Origin: Peptococcaceae bacterium UBA5752
Lineage (GTDB): Bacteria > Bacillota > Dehalobacteriia > UBA4068
NCBI GenBank assembly: GCA_002419055.1
Contig: DIFI01000009.1
Coordinates: 69,875-133,874 of the forward strand
Length of the DNA: 64,000 nt
Direction: 5' to 3'
Both the position numbers and the translations under genes were made by a program. Below are positions 1-9,789 of the stretch, piece by piece. Positions within the stretch are counted from its first letter, which is position 1; every line of letters begins with the position of its first letter. The notes under the pieces were generated by a model. That model was not told the origin of the DNA. It did not search any database and worked only from the letters and a program-made list of their open reading frames with translations.

Positions 1-128
1 TCGATCGCAAGTGTGCTGAGACCGACGACCTCATCGCCGAGAAGCAGAAAGCCGCAGAGACAATGCGGCAGTACAAGAAGTCGCTTATTTACGAATACGT
101 CACGGGCAAAAAGCGCGTGGCAGGTTAA
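1..128 (+). CDS. hsdS: Type I restriction-modification specificity subunit HsdS, C-terminal fragment (the 5' part lies outside the window)
   Basis: Frame 3 is open from the window edge to a TAA stop at 126-128. It translates to ...DDLIAEKQKAAETMRQYKKSLIYEYVTGKKRVAG*, matching the conserved coiled-coil C-terminus of HsdS proteins (...LLTGKxRV). It lies immediately upstream of hsdR. Confidence 0.5.
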   Translation, partial: DRKCAETDDLIAEKQKAAETMRQYKKSLIYEYVTGKKRVAG

Positions 129-143
129 AGGAGAAATACAGCT

Positions 144-3100
144 ATGCCTATCCGAGCAGACCAGCTTCAAGAGAAAAAGGATTACCAGAATCTGATTCTG
201 GAGGAGTTGCGCGACCGCAACGGCTACGTTATCCGCAACGCCCAAACAGACTGGGATGCGGACTTTGCGATGGACAAGGGGCTTCTCTTTCAGTTTTTGG
301 AGACAACCCAGCCCGAAAAAATGGAGAAGCTGCGGAAGTTTTACGCCGACAAAACTAATAAGACGGTCATCAACTACATCAACCGAGAGATTACCAAAGA
401 TCGTAGTTCCCTCATTTATGTTCTGAAAAACGGAGTGGAGTTCGACAACGGTGTAAAACTCGACCTTATGTATCGCCACCCTGCCACGTCGTTTAACGAG
501 AAATTGGCATGGCAGTATGAGCAGAATATCCTCTCGGCTATGGAGGAAGTCTACCACAAGGAGGGCGAGCGGATTGACCTTGTGCTGTTCCTTAACGGGA
601 TAGCCATCTTCGCCGTCGAACTCAAGTGCAATACATCCGGGCAGAACTACGAAAACGCCATTAACCAGTACAAGCACGAACGTGATCCCCATACCCGACT
701 GTTCAAGTTCAAAGCCGGTGTTTTTGCTGCTTTTGCTATGGATTTAAACGAGGTCTACTTCTGCACATCCCTGTGTGGAGTCAACTCGTCTTTCCTGCCG
801 TTTAACATTGGTATGCCGAAGTCACCCGACAAGCCATATTCCATCGGCAAGGGCAACCCACACAATGAGAACGGCATTAACGTCTCCTATATGTGGGAGC
901 AAATCTGGACGAAAGAGAAAATTATCCTACTCATCGAGCGTTTTATCTTCATAGAAAAAAAGAAAGAAAAGAACACCGAAACCGGAAAGACGAAGGTCAA
1001 GGAGACGGTTATCTTCCCGCGTTACCACCAACTTCGAGCGGTGGAGCGGCTTGTGGCGGACATTAAAGTAAACCGCACGAGTCAAAACTACCTCATAGAG
1101 CATTCGGCAGGCAGTGGCAAGACAAACACCATCGCATGGCTCACTCATATCCTTGCCTCCCTGCACGACACCGAAGATAAGAATATTTTCAGCAATATCA
1201 TCGTTATCACCGACCGCATTATCGTAGACCAGCAGTTGCAGGAGGCGATATCGGGCATTGACCATAAAACAGGGCTGCTTAAAGTGTTGGACGAAAAGTG
1301 TCACTCCGACGATCTTGCCCAAGCCCTGCGCGGCAACACGAAGATTATTGTCACTACTATTCATAAGTTCTTCTACATACTCGAAAAGAACCTACTGTCC
1401 CTCAAAGACAAGACCTTTGCTGTACTAATTGACGAGGCGCACTCCTCCACTGAGGGCGATCTTATGCGAGCTGTGACCCACGTCTTGGCTGGCGGCAAGG
1501 TAGAGGAACTCCCTGAAGAGACTCCAGAAGAGGAATCGGAAGAGGAACTGACCACCGACGAAAAAATCAAGGTTGAGCGGGCTAAAGCAGGCAAGCAGCC
1601 GAACGTCACAATGATTGCGTTCACCGCCACGCCGAAGCCCGGCACTTTGCAGCTTTTCGGCACTCTGAACGACGAGGGTAAAAAGACGTGTTTTGACCTC
1701 TACTCCATGCGTCAGGCTATAGAGGAGGGCTATATCTTAAACGTCCTCGATAACTATGTGACATGGCAAACCTACTTTAAGATTAATAAGGCTATTGAGG
1801 ACGACCCTGAACTCCAGTCCATTACTGCCAAACGTAAGATAGCTCGCTTCGTAGATCTGCATGACACGAACATCTCACAGAAAATCGAGATTATTATTGA
1901 GCATTTCCGTCAGAACATCGCCGACAGCCTCGGCGGTCAGGCAAAGGCGATGGTTGTAACCTCTTCTCGCCCTGCGGCGGTTAAGTATAAGAAAGAGTTC
2001 GAGAAGTACATTGAGCGGAATGGTTACACCAATATTCGTGCTTTGATTGCCTTTTCTGGCAAGGTCACGCTTGACGGCGAAACCTACACCGAAGCCGGAA
2101 TGAACGGTTTCTCCGAAGAGACCCTGCGTGACGAGTTTGACAAGAGTATCTATCAGGTTCTGCTTGTCGCCAACAAATACCAAACTGGCTTTGACCAGCC
2201 AAAGCTGGTGGCGATGTATGTGGATAAGAAATTACGCGGCGTATCGGCGGTGCAAACACTGTCGCGCTTGAACCGCATTTTTCGGCCCTACGACAAGCGC
2301 ACATTCATCCTTGATTTCAAAAACAAGGCCGAGGACATAGTGAAGGCGTTTGCACCGTTTTATGAGGAAACGGAGTTGTTCGATACCATCTCGCCGTCCG
2401 ACATCAGACGGTTAGAGGAGGAAATCGAGTTTTATAACATTCTTACCGACAACGATATAATTGAGTTTAACGACCTGCTTTATCTGCCGAAGCGGACAGC
2501 CAAGCAGAAACAACGTATGTGGGCATTGCTTGATAACGCCGCCCGAGAGGTTCGCAAGAAGAATACAGAGGAGCAGTTCGCTATTCGAACGACGATTCGG
2601 CGGTTCCTGAAATCGTACTGTTTCCTCATTCAGGCGACCTGCTACGAAAATGTGGAATTACATAAGCGGTACAACTATCTCTCGTATCTGGTCAAGGAAT
2701 TGGACATCAAGGGCGGGAATGATTTTGACGTCGCCGATAAAATCACGGTGAGCGGCTTCGAGCAGAAGCAGATCGGCGTGATGGCAAACCCCGAAGTCGA
2801 ATCCAAGCCCGAACTAAAAATGAAAACACCGAAGCCTGCCCAGCCGGAAGCCGAGCAACTCAAGATGCTTTCCGTCATCATTGATGAAATAAACACCATT
2901 TACGGCAGCAAAGGCGATACTGGAGTGAGGACAAAGGCAGCTATGCAAATACGAGACATTCTTCTGAAAGACGCACGGCTTAAGGCGAGTGCCAAAAACA
3001 ACCCGTATTCCGACTTCAAGTTTACCTACAAGGACAGCGTGTCAGATGCGCTTGTAGAAGGATACGACCAGAATGTCGATTTTTACACACTGCTTTTGGG

Positions 3101-3176
3101 CAACGAGGAACTACGAGATAAAATAACGGACGTGTTTATGGAGGAGATCTACAAGACCCTGAGAGAAAGCAAATAA
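144..3176 (+). CDS. hsdR: Type I restriction enzyme R subunit (HsdR), 1010 aa
   Basis: The N-terminal PD-(D/E)xK nuclease core reads IDLVLFLNGIAIFAVELK. SF2 helicase motifs are present: HSAGSGKT (Walker A) and VLIDEAHSS (DEAH). An RBS and start codon follow directly after the hsdS stop. Confidence 0.9.
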   Translation: MPIRADQLQEKKDYQNLILEELRDRNGYVIRNAQTDWDADFAMDKGLLFQFLETTQPEKMEKLRKFYADKTNKTVINYINREITKDRSSLIYVLKNGVEFDNGVKLDLMYRHPATSFNEKLAWQYEQNILSAMEEVYHKEGERIDLVLFLNGIAIFAVELKCNTSGQNYENAINQYKHERDPHTRLFKFKAGVFAAFAMDLNEVYFCTSLCGVNSSFLPFNIGMPKSPDKPYSIGKGNPHNENGINVSYMWEQIWTKEKIILLIERFIFIEKKKEKNTETGKTKVKETVIFPRYHQLRAVERLVADIKVNRTSQNYLIEHSAGSGKTNTIAWLTHILASLHDTEDKNIFSNIIVITDRIIVDQQLQEAISGIDHKTGLLKVLDEKCHSDDLAQALRGNTKIIVTTIHKFFYILEKNLLSLKDKTFAVLIDEAHSSTEGDLMRAVTHVLAGGKVEELPEETPEEESEEELTTDEKIKVERAKAGKQPNVTMIAFTATPKPGTLQLFGTLNDEGKKTCFDLYSMRQAIEEGYILNVLDNYVTWQTYFKINKAIEDDPELQSITAKRKIARFVDLHDTNISQKIEIIIEHFRQNIADSLGGQAKAMVVTSSRPAAVKYKKEFEKYIERNGYTNIRALIAFSGKVTLDGETYTEAGMNGFSEETLRDEFDKSIYQVLLVANKYQTGFDQPKLVAMYVDKKLRGVSAVQTLSRLNRIFRPYDKRTFILDFKNKAEDIVKAFAPFYEETELFDTISPSDIRRLEEEIEFYNILTDNDIIEFNDLLYLPKRTAKQKQRMWALLDNAAREVRKKNTEEQFAIRTTIRRFLKSYCFLIQATCYENVELHKRYNYLSYLVKELDIKGGNDFDVADKITVSGFEQKQIGVMANPEVESKPELKMKTPKPAQPEAEQLKMLSVIIDEINTIYGSKGDTGVRTKAAMQIRDILLKDARLKASAKNNPYSDFKFTYKDSVSDALVEGYDQNVDFYTLLLGNEELRDKITDVFMEEIYKTLRESK

Positions 3177-3259
3177 ACTATGCAGCTTTGCTGACAACGG
3201 GCAGCTCTGAGCCGCCCTTTCTCTCATTAAAACGAATTATATTCAAGGAGAATGGGCGG

Positions 3260-4852
3260 ATGGAGTATAACTACGACAAAGTAACGCTTGTGCCTATAAA
3301 CGTATGCAGGGACAACTATGACGAGGTTGCGGCTGACTTCCTCAAGCATTACGGCTGCGCCCAATATTTAACGACACCAATGCCGGTGCCAATATTTGAG
3401 ATTGCTCAAAAGCGTATGTTCCTGACGGTTTATACGAACCAACAGTTGTCGGAAAGCGGAGAAGTTCTGGGAACAATTGCTTTTTTTGACGGCGACTTGG
3501 ATGTGTACGACCCCGGCACTAAAAGTTACATCGGGTTTCCTGTAAAAAAAGGGACGGTCTTGGTCGACTGCACTATTGACCACGAGGGCAGAGAAAATAA
3601 CACGATGGCGCATGAATGCGTCCATTGGCATATACATCGTAACTATTTCGGGAATCTCCGCCGGAAAACGGCTGACTCGGATATAGCATTCCGTTGCCCA
3701 TCTAGACTGTCGGACGGTGACGAAGCAACCCGCGACGAGGAACGGATGGAGAAACAGGCTCGTGGCATAGCTCCGCGCATCCTAATGCCGAAAAACTCCA
3801 CAACAATTAAACTAAACGAACTTTTTGCCTCCCGTACCGTCCCCCAAGACGGTGAGCGGAGGCTTGCTGTACTTACAGAGATAGTGGACGAATTAGCCGC
3901 GTTTTACCACGTTTCCAAGATGTCAGCAAAATACCGTATGGTCGACCTGGGTCGTATGTCCCACGAAGAAGCTGAGCAGATTTACAACTTTGATAACAAT
4001 TCGCTGGCATGGGACTTCTCTGAGCACCCCCTGACGGTCAAGACGAGTAGCCGTCCGATGACACGCCACATCACGATTGAACAGGTTATTTATGAGTTTG
4101 GCAGAAATGCGGCTTTCAGAGAAGTGTTGCATAGCGGACTGTTCCGCTTTGTCGAGGATGCTTTTGTTATTAACGACCCGAAATATATACATACCGATGA
4201 TGAGGGTAAGACTCGGCTGACTCCATATGCGATAAAACATCAACAGGAATGTACACTCATCTTTGAGTACGCCGTTTCTGTCAGCCATAATTACAGCCAC
4301 ACCGATACAGAAAATTTCCAACCCAATATAATGAATATGCTCACTATGGGCTTCCTCACGAGGGTGGAAACAGAGTATAAGAAGCTGCCAAGGTACACAT
4401 CAAACGTTCAGAATGATGCTGCGTTTGATGTAGCCAAGGCTCTGGATGCAGTCAAAGCAGATTTTGACAAGTTCGCCAAAGCGCGTACTGCCTTAGCCCC
4501 AGCGACGGACTTCTGGGACAGGGTCGATCAGATTAAGACCGCCAAGAGTATAAGAAACAGCACCTTTAAAGACCGCTCTGGTCTTGACGATGCAACGATA
4601 AGCAGAATCAAGCTGAAAAAGACAGCGGTAACGCTCCGTGTCGCCATCGCTGCCTGTTTCGGGCTCGATTTGGATATAGATGAGTCAAAAAAGCTACTGG
4701 CTTTAGCAAAGCTGGCTCTCAATGACGAACCGGAATGCCTTGCCTATGAGTTTGTTATAATGAACTTCCAGTTTTGCCCTCTGTTCGAAAAGAATGAGGT
4801 GCTACAGAAGTTCGGTGTTGAGCCTATCGGGGTTCGTTCGAAAAAAGACTAA
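3260..4852 (+). CDS. Large ImmA/IrrE-family (HExxH) metallopeptidase-domain protein with a ~330-aa C-terminal region of unknown function
   Basis: The ORF track gives 3188..4852. The in-frame ATG at 3260 is preceded by AAGGAG at 3245-3250. The motif MAHECVHWHIH is typical of COG2856/ImmA zinc peptidases. The remainder has no recognisable motifs. Confidence 0.6.
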   Translation: MEYNYDKVTLVPINVCRDNYDEVAADFLKHYGCAQYLTTPMPVPIFEIAQKRMFLTVYTNQQLSESGEVLGTIAFFDGDLDVYDPGTKSYIGFPVKKGTVLVDCTIDHEGRENNTMAHECVHWHIHRNYFGNLRRKTADSDIAFRCPSRLSDGDEATRDEERMEKQARGIAPRILMPKNSTTIKLNELFASRTVPQDGERRLAVLTEIVDELAAFYHVSKMSAKYRMVDLGRMSHEEAEQIYNFDNNSLAWDFSEHPLTVKTSSRPMTRHITIEQVIYEFGRNAAFREVLHSGLFRFVEDAFVINDPKYIHTDDEGKTRLTPYAIKHQQECTLIFEYAVSVSHNYSHTDTENFQPNIMNMLTMGFLTRVETEYKKLPRYTSNVQNDAAFDVAKALDAVKADFDKFAKARTALAPATDFWDRVDQIKTAKSIRNSTFKDRSGLDDATISRIKLKKTAVTLRVAIAACFGLDLDIDESKKLLALAKLALNDEPECLAYEFVIMNFQFCPLFEKNEVLQKFGVEPIGVRSKKD

Positions 4853-4872
4853 TTTAATGGGAGGTTTCAGAC

Positions 4873-7434
4873 ATGGACAATGCTTACCAATGGGTACCCT
4901 TTTACGAGGCTCTCGCCAACAAATTACTTGCGTACAGCGCTAAAAGGAATGAACTCTTTGAGTTGATGAAAAAGGTGCGGTCTGAACAACCGCTTATGAA
5001 ATACCTCAACTTTGAGCGCGAGGACTGGTGGGGACCGCGTAACCATCATATGGATCCGCTAACCGTGATTGGAATCTTGAATCGCGGAACAACGGATGCC
5101 AATAGGATTAAACTGTCGAAAGTTCTTGCTGAGACATTCGGTGTGGAACTTCCCACGCCCACTCAATTTGCGGGGATTCCAGTCTTGAACAATATGAACT
5201 CCTTCTTTAACGGCCCAGATGAGGTCTGGGAACTGTTTATACAAGCAATGGCATCTGCGCAGTCAAACAACTTCTCGTATGAGTTTAGGACCGCCTTTGA
5301 AAAGGCTATTGCCGTGAAGGGCAATGGTCTGGCTTACATTACTATGGGATTATATTGGATACGCCCCAACATCTTTATGCCCCTCGATGGTAATTCCAGA
5401 GCTTTTGCGTCCGCACACTATGGCATTACTGTTCCGAGCGGTAATTGCACAGGAGAAGAATACGTCGCTTTCCTGAAAACCCTCAAGGCTAAGGTTGCCG
5501 AACGGTCGCCTGACATGACATTCCCTGAAATATCCTATACCGCTTGGACGCAAAAAGACAGCAAAGCGGATGAGGATTCTATTCAGGCTTCATCGGTTAT
5601 TGATGAGCAGCATCAGCGGGCGGCGTTTAAGCAATGGTATACAAAAAACGTCGGGTCAGCGAATTCGGCCAATACCATATCGACCGCTATTGGTAAAGCG
5701 CGGCTGAAAGATGGGCGGGCAGTATTCGCTATTGCCAGTTTTGACGAACTGGATGCCGTGATAAAAAGCAGCGGTCTTGATGGCTATTTTCAATCAAGCG
5801 GCGGAGACTATGCCAAGATGGATGCCGTCTTTGAAATTGACACTACCGCTCAGCGCGACGACCTGAAGAGCGGAATCAAGCACTACCTTGCTTTCCTGAA
5901 GAGCGAAGGTGTGACCTCTACTTCTACTACGCCGTCTGATTCGATCACGCAAACGCCAAAGTTTGCCAGGAATCTCATTCTTTGCGGCACCCCCGGCACG
6001 GGCAAAACATACAGCACCGTGCTATATGCTGTTTCGATTATCGAGGAAAAGCCGCTTAATGCTGTCAAAGCCGAGGACTACTCGGCGGTGTTTGCTCGCT
6101 ACTTGAAATACAAAGAGGACGGTTTGGTAGCATTCACGACATTTCATCAGTCATTCGGTTATGAGGAGTTTATTGAGGGGATTCGTCCTGTAGTCTCAGC
6201 AGAGGAGAATGCCGAAACGGGGCGGGATATTGAGTACGAGGTTCACGACGGTATTTTTAAGTCGTTCTGCGACAAAGCTGGAACACCTATCGGTGGTGGT
6301 ACAAGCGTGGACTTGGGCTTCGGCAAGAACCCGTCGGTCTGGAAGGTCTCTCTTGAAGGAAGCGGCGACAACCCAACCCGCACGGAGTGTCTCAACAACA
6401 ACCATATCAGAATCGGATATGACAGCTACGGCGAAACCCCACCCGACACCTATGAAAAAGGCGATAACGGTAGGAACATTCTGAATGCGTTCTATTATAA
6501 AATGCAAATTGGGGACATCGTATTCTCATGCTACTCCAACAAGACCATTGATGCTATCGGCGTTATCACGGGCGAACCAGAATGGCACGATGAATACGAG
6601 CATTACAAGCGGCTACGCAACGTCAAATGGCTCGTTAAAGACATTAGCGAGGACATCTTTGACCTCAATGCCCAAAGACTGATGATGCAGCCCTCGGTCT
6701 ACAAGCTGTCGGTATCGGTGTCGGATGCTCTCCAGATTCTCCGCAAGGTGAAGCCCGCCCTTTTCACGCCGAGTGTCAAAATTCCGAACCGTGTGTTTAT
6801 CATCGACGAAATTAACCGAGGAAACATCTCAAAAATCTTCGGAGAACTGATAACACTCATCGAACCCGCGAAGCGCACCGGGGCAAAGGAACAGCTTCGC
6901 GCACGACTGCCTTATTCAGGGAAAGATTTTGGTGTACCTGATAATGTCTACCTCATTGGAACTATGAACACCGCCGACCGCTCCATAGCCCTGATTGATA
7001 CTGCTTTGCGACGCAGGTTCAGCTTTGTGGAGATGCAGCCGGATTCAGCGACGCTTACCGATGTTCTTGTTGATGGTATCGACATTAGCGAAATGCTTGA
7101 TACCCTAAATAAGCGCATCACCGTCCTGCTCGACCGCGAACACACCATCGGGCATTCCTATCTGCTCCCACTGAAAGCCGACCCGACAATTGAACGGCTC
7201 GCAGCAATTTTTGAGAACACGATTGTCCCGCTTCTGCAGGAGTATTTCTATGATGATTACGAAAAAATTCAGCTTGTGCTGGGTGACAACCAGAAGCCAG
7301 ATGACAGCACGCGCTTTATTATAAAGAAGACGGACGCCGTCAAGATGTTTGGGAACGCCGACATTGACTTCCCTGAATATTACGAAATAAATGGCGAGGC
7401 GTTTAAGAGGATTGATGCCTATGCGTTCCTATGA
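4873..7434 (+). CDS. McrB-family AAA+ GTPase (type IV restriction-like motor subunit), 853 aa, with a ~360-aa N-terminal region and an internal inserted domain
   Basis: A GGGAGG RBS precedes the start. McrB signature motifs are present: LILCGTPGTGKTY, FHQSFGYEEFIEGIRP, VFIIDEINRGNISKIFGEL and GTMNTADRSIALIDTALRRRFSF. There is a ~165-aa insertion between FCDKAG and the Walker B segment, relative to E. coli McrB. Confidence 0.85.
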   Translation: MDNAYQWVPFYEALANKLLAYSAKRNELFELMKKVRSEQPLMKYLNFEREDWWGPRNHHMDPLTVIGILNRGTTDANRIKLSKVLAETFGVELPTPTQFAGIPVLNNMNSFFNGPDEVWELFIQAMASAQSNNFSYEFRTAFEKAIAVKGNGLAYITMGLYWIRPNIFMPLDGNSRAFASAHYGITVPSGNCTGEEYVAFLKTLKAKVAERSPDMTFPEISYTAWTQKDSKADEDSIQASSVIDEQHQRAAFKQWYTKNVGSANSANTISTAIGKARLKDGRAVFAIASFDELDAVIKSSGLDGYFQSSGGDYAKMDAVFEIDTTAQRDDLKSGIKHYLAFLKSEGVTSTSTTPSDSITQTPKFARNLILCGTPGTGKTYSTVLYAVSIIEEKPLNAVKAEDYSAVFARYLKYKEDGLVAFTTFHQSFGYEEFIEGIRPVVSAEENAETGRDIEYEVHDGIFKSFCDKAGTPIGGGTSVDLGFGKNPSVWKVSLEGSGDNPTRTECLNNNHIRIGYDSYGETPPDTYEKGDNGRNILNAFYYKMQIGDIVFSCYSNKTIDAIGVITGEPEWHDEYEHYKRLRNVKWLVKDISEDIFDLNAQRLMMQPSVYKLSVSVSDALQILRKVKPALFTPSVKIPNRVFIIDEINRGNISKIFGELITLIEPAKRTGAKEQLRARLPYSGKDFGVPDNVYLIGTMNTADRSIALIDTALRRRFSFVEMQPDSATLTDVLVDGIDISEMLDTLNKRITVLLDREHTIGHSYLLPLKADPTIERLAAIFENTIVPLLQEYFYDDYEKIQLVLGDNQKPDDSTRFIIKKTDAVKMFGNADIDFPEYYEINGEAFKRIDAYAFL

Positions 7435-8722
7435 TAAGACCTACACCATAACTGAATATGGCGGGTTTACTCGCGGAGAGGCATTGTACGGCTATCAGGG
7501 GTTGCCGGAGAAAACCTTTGACGCACTTGAAGCCTTCATTCTCGCAAATAACACGGGAGACGGAACGGACGCAATCGAATTGCTATCGCTGTCTGCCCGC
7601 CGTGGATTAGGCAAAATTATCACTGCTCGCAATTATGTTGGGTTGATAACAATGGCCGACGGCACTGTTATTGAGATACTCCCCAAAATAGCAGGCGATA
7701 TTACCGTGGCTGACACAAAGCGAATATTCCTTGAGATGCTTAAAACGCTAAAGGACGTGACATTTAAGGACTTCAATGTATCACATCTCCATACCGACCG
7801 CCTTGGTCTGCTTGAAATCTTTATCAAGATGTTTCTTGACGAAGTGGCAGTCCTTACAAAGCAGGGTTTGAAAGCGGCATACACGCCCATCGAGAAAAAC
7901 GAACGGTTTTACAAAGGAAAGCTGCTGGCTTCCCAAAACATCAAATACAATTTGGTGAGCAAGGAGCGGTTTTTCGTCCGTTACGATGATTTCAGCATAA
8001 ACAGGCCTGAGAACAGGCTGATAAAGTCCACGCTTGGCTTTCTCCTTAAAGCAACCAGCAACAGCTATAACAGGCAAAGCGCAGCACGGCTCCTGACCTT
8101 CTTTGAGGGTGTCGAATATTCCAAGAGCTACGATGAGGATTTTTCGAAGTCCTTTATTGACCGCAGTATGAACCATTACAATAAGGCACTCTCGTGGTGC
8201 CGTGTTTTCCTGCATGGCAACAGCTTCACCGCCTATTCGGGAAGCGAGGTCGCATTGGCACTTCTTTTCCCGATGGAGAAAGTTTTCGAGAGTTTTGTGG
8301 CTTCCAAATTTCACAAGCACATTGGGAGTAGCGTAAGCCTACGGACGCAAGATACAAGATACAGCCTGTTTGATAGCCCGACACATGCCTTTGCCCTCCG
8401 CCCAGACATTGTTTTGGAGTTCGGTGGGCATACGATCGTTTTGGACACAAAGTGGAAGATGCTCTCCGATAACGCCCGAAACAGCGGGATCTCGCAGTCT
8501 GATATGTACCAAATGTACGCTTATAGCAAGAAATACGACGCAGACGGTATCGTCTTGCTCTACCCTCATTCAAACGCTGTGAGCCGAAGCAACATAAGGT
8601 ATACATCTGAGGATAATGTTAAAGTCGATGTTTCTTTCATCGACCTTCGAAACGCAGACGAGAGCATCACAAATTTGATAGCAGATTCGCTAAAAGCCAT
8701 AAACAAGGCGGTGACAATATGA
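7415..8722 (+). CDS. McrC-like PD-(D/E)xK nuclease subunit, ~436 aa
   Basis: The start overlaps the stop of the upstream GTPase gene, with AAGAGG at 7405-7410. A C-terminal nuclease motif reads RPDIVLE...IVLDTKWK, as in the McrC catalytic core. The ORF track start at 7391 lies inside the previous gene. Confidence 0.8.
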   Translation: MPMRSYDKTYTITEYGGFTRGEALYGYQGLPEKTFDALEAFILANNTGDGTDAIELLSLSARRGLGKIITARNYVGLITMADGTVIEILPKIAGDITVADTKRIFLEMLKTLKDVTFKDFNVSHLHTDRLGLLEIFIKMFLDEVAVLTKQGLKAAYTPIEKNERFYKGKLLASQNIKYNLVSKERFFVRYDDFSINRPENRLIKSTLGFLLKATSNSYNRQSAARLLTFFEGVEYSKSYDEDFSKSFIDRSMNHYNKALSWCRVFLHGNSFTAYSGSEVALALLFPMEKVFESFVASKFHKHIGSSVSLRTQDTRYSLFDSPTHAFALRPDIVLEFGGHTIVLDTKWKMLSDNARNSGISQSDMYQMYAYSKKYDADGIVLLYPHSNAVSRSNIRYTSEDNVKVDVSFIDLRNADESITNLIADSLKAINKAVTI

Positions 8723-9789
8723 ATCCAAACGGAAACGCCCTAATCCTTAGACCAAGGCAGGCGGTCTTTGATGTGACGGACAAGTCCCTCTATTCGTTCA
8801 ACGAACGGGAGGGATTATCGAAGTTCCGAGAAGCCGCCACCGTGGTAGCTCTTGACAGCTTTTTCTCATTGGCAGATTCGGACGCCGCCAAATTCGTTAT
8901 ATACTTGGGCGAGAAAGTACCGCATATTCAGAACCTGTTTGATTCATTGAGGGGCAAGAAGGAACTTGTCGCCAAGCTATCTGATAAAGCAAAGAAAAAA
9001 CTCGCAAGCGGCGAATGGCACTGGGTGACCACAAAAGACGGCAGCGATTTGCTGACCACCCTGAAAGACGAAGCAGGGCATTTCGCAGAGCAAATCAAAA
9101 TCGGCGAGAAAACAATCCGCCCGGATATGATGAATGCCCTCATTAGTTTAACCCAGCAAAACAATCTTGACGCTCTTACGGACAAGATTGTTGAACTAAC
9201 GGAGACGGTTGAGAGAATCGCCGCCGGGCAGTACAACGACCGCATATCGATGTTCTACGAGGCAAGACAGACCTATATTGAAGCAATGGCTATGTCCGAA
9301 CCCGAAGACCGCCGAATTGCGCTACTTAATGCAGCACATTCCGCAAACAAGGCGATTTCCTCTTTGCAGCAGACCGTAAAATACGATTTGACCACTTTGC
9401 TGTCGGCGAAAGGCAAACTCGGCGACAGAACGAAGCTGATTGCAAAATGCTTCTCAATTCTTAACGATTCCGTCCAGATTTCGGTTAATTCCTATGCAGC
9501 ACTCGGTGAGAATCGTGCATTGCTTGCAGCGGTGACGTCATACCAGTGTTTTGTGGAGCAGACGCTGTTGGCAATTCCTGAAAAAGCATCGGACAAGAAA
9601 TACTCTGGCTGTACATTAGCAGAAATAATGTACTCCTGTGCTGAATTAGGCGGCACCGACTGGATAAAGCTTCCTCACGAGATAGTAGGGGCTTGTGAAA
9701 CGCTTATACAAACCGAGCGTGAAACGATTGCGGTTATCGCCGAAGAGTTCGAACCTAAAGAACTTGGAGGGCAAGAAGATGAAGTGTAA
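8719..9789 (+). CDS. Hypothetical 356-aa predominantly alpha-helical protein, translationally coupled to the McrC-like gene
   Basis: Its ATG overlaps the McrC-like stop (ATGA overlap). There are no recognisable catalytic motifs. Composition and codon usage match the upstream genes. Confidence 0.7.
   Translation: MNPNGNALILRPRQAVFDVTDKSLYSFNEREGLSKFREAATVVALDSFFSLADSDAAKFVIYLGEKVPHIQNLFDSLRGKKELVAKLSDKAKKKLASGEWHWVTTKDGSDLLTTLKDEAGHFAEQIKIGEKTIRPDMMNALISLTQQNNLDALTDKIVELTETVERIAAGQYNDRISMFYEARQTYIEAMAMSEPEDRRIALLNAAHSANKAISSLQQTVKYDLTTLLSAKGKLGDRTKLIAKCFSILNDSVQISVNSYAALGENRALLAAVTSYQCFVEQTLLAIPEKASDKKYSGCTLAEIMYSCAELGGTDWIKLPHEIVGACETLIQTERETIAVIAEEFEPKELGGQEDEV

Noticed and set aside
927-2899. 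Several minus-strand ORFs (927..1364, 1373..1663, 1875..2183, 2065..2304, 2675..2899) inside hsdR
   Set aside because: They are antisense to a well-supported gene, have low-complexity translations (Ser/Arg-rich), and have no RBS.
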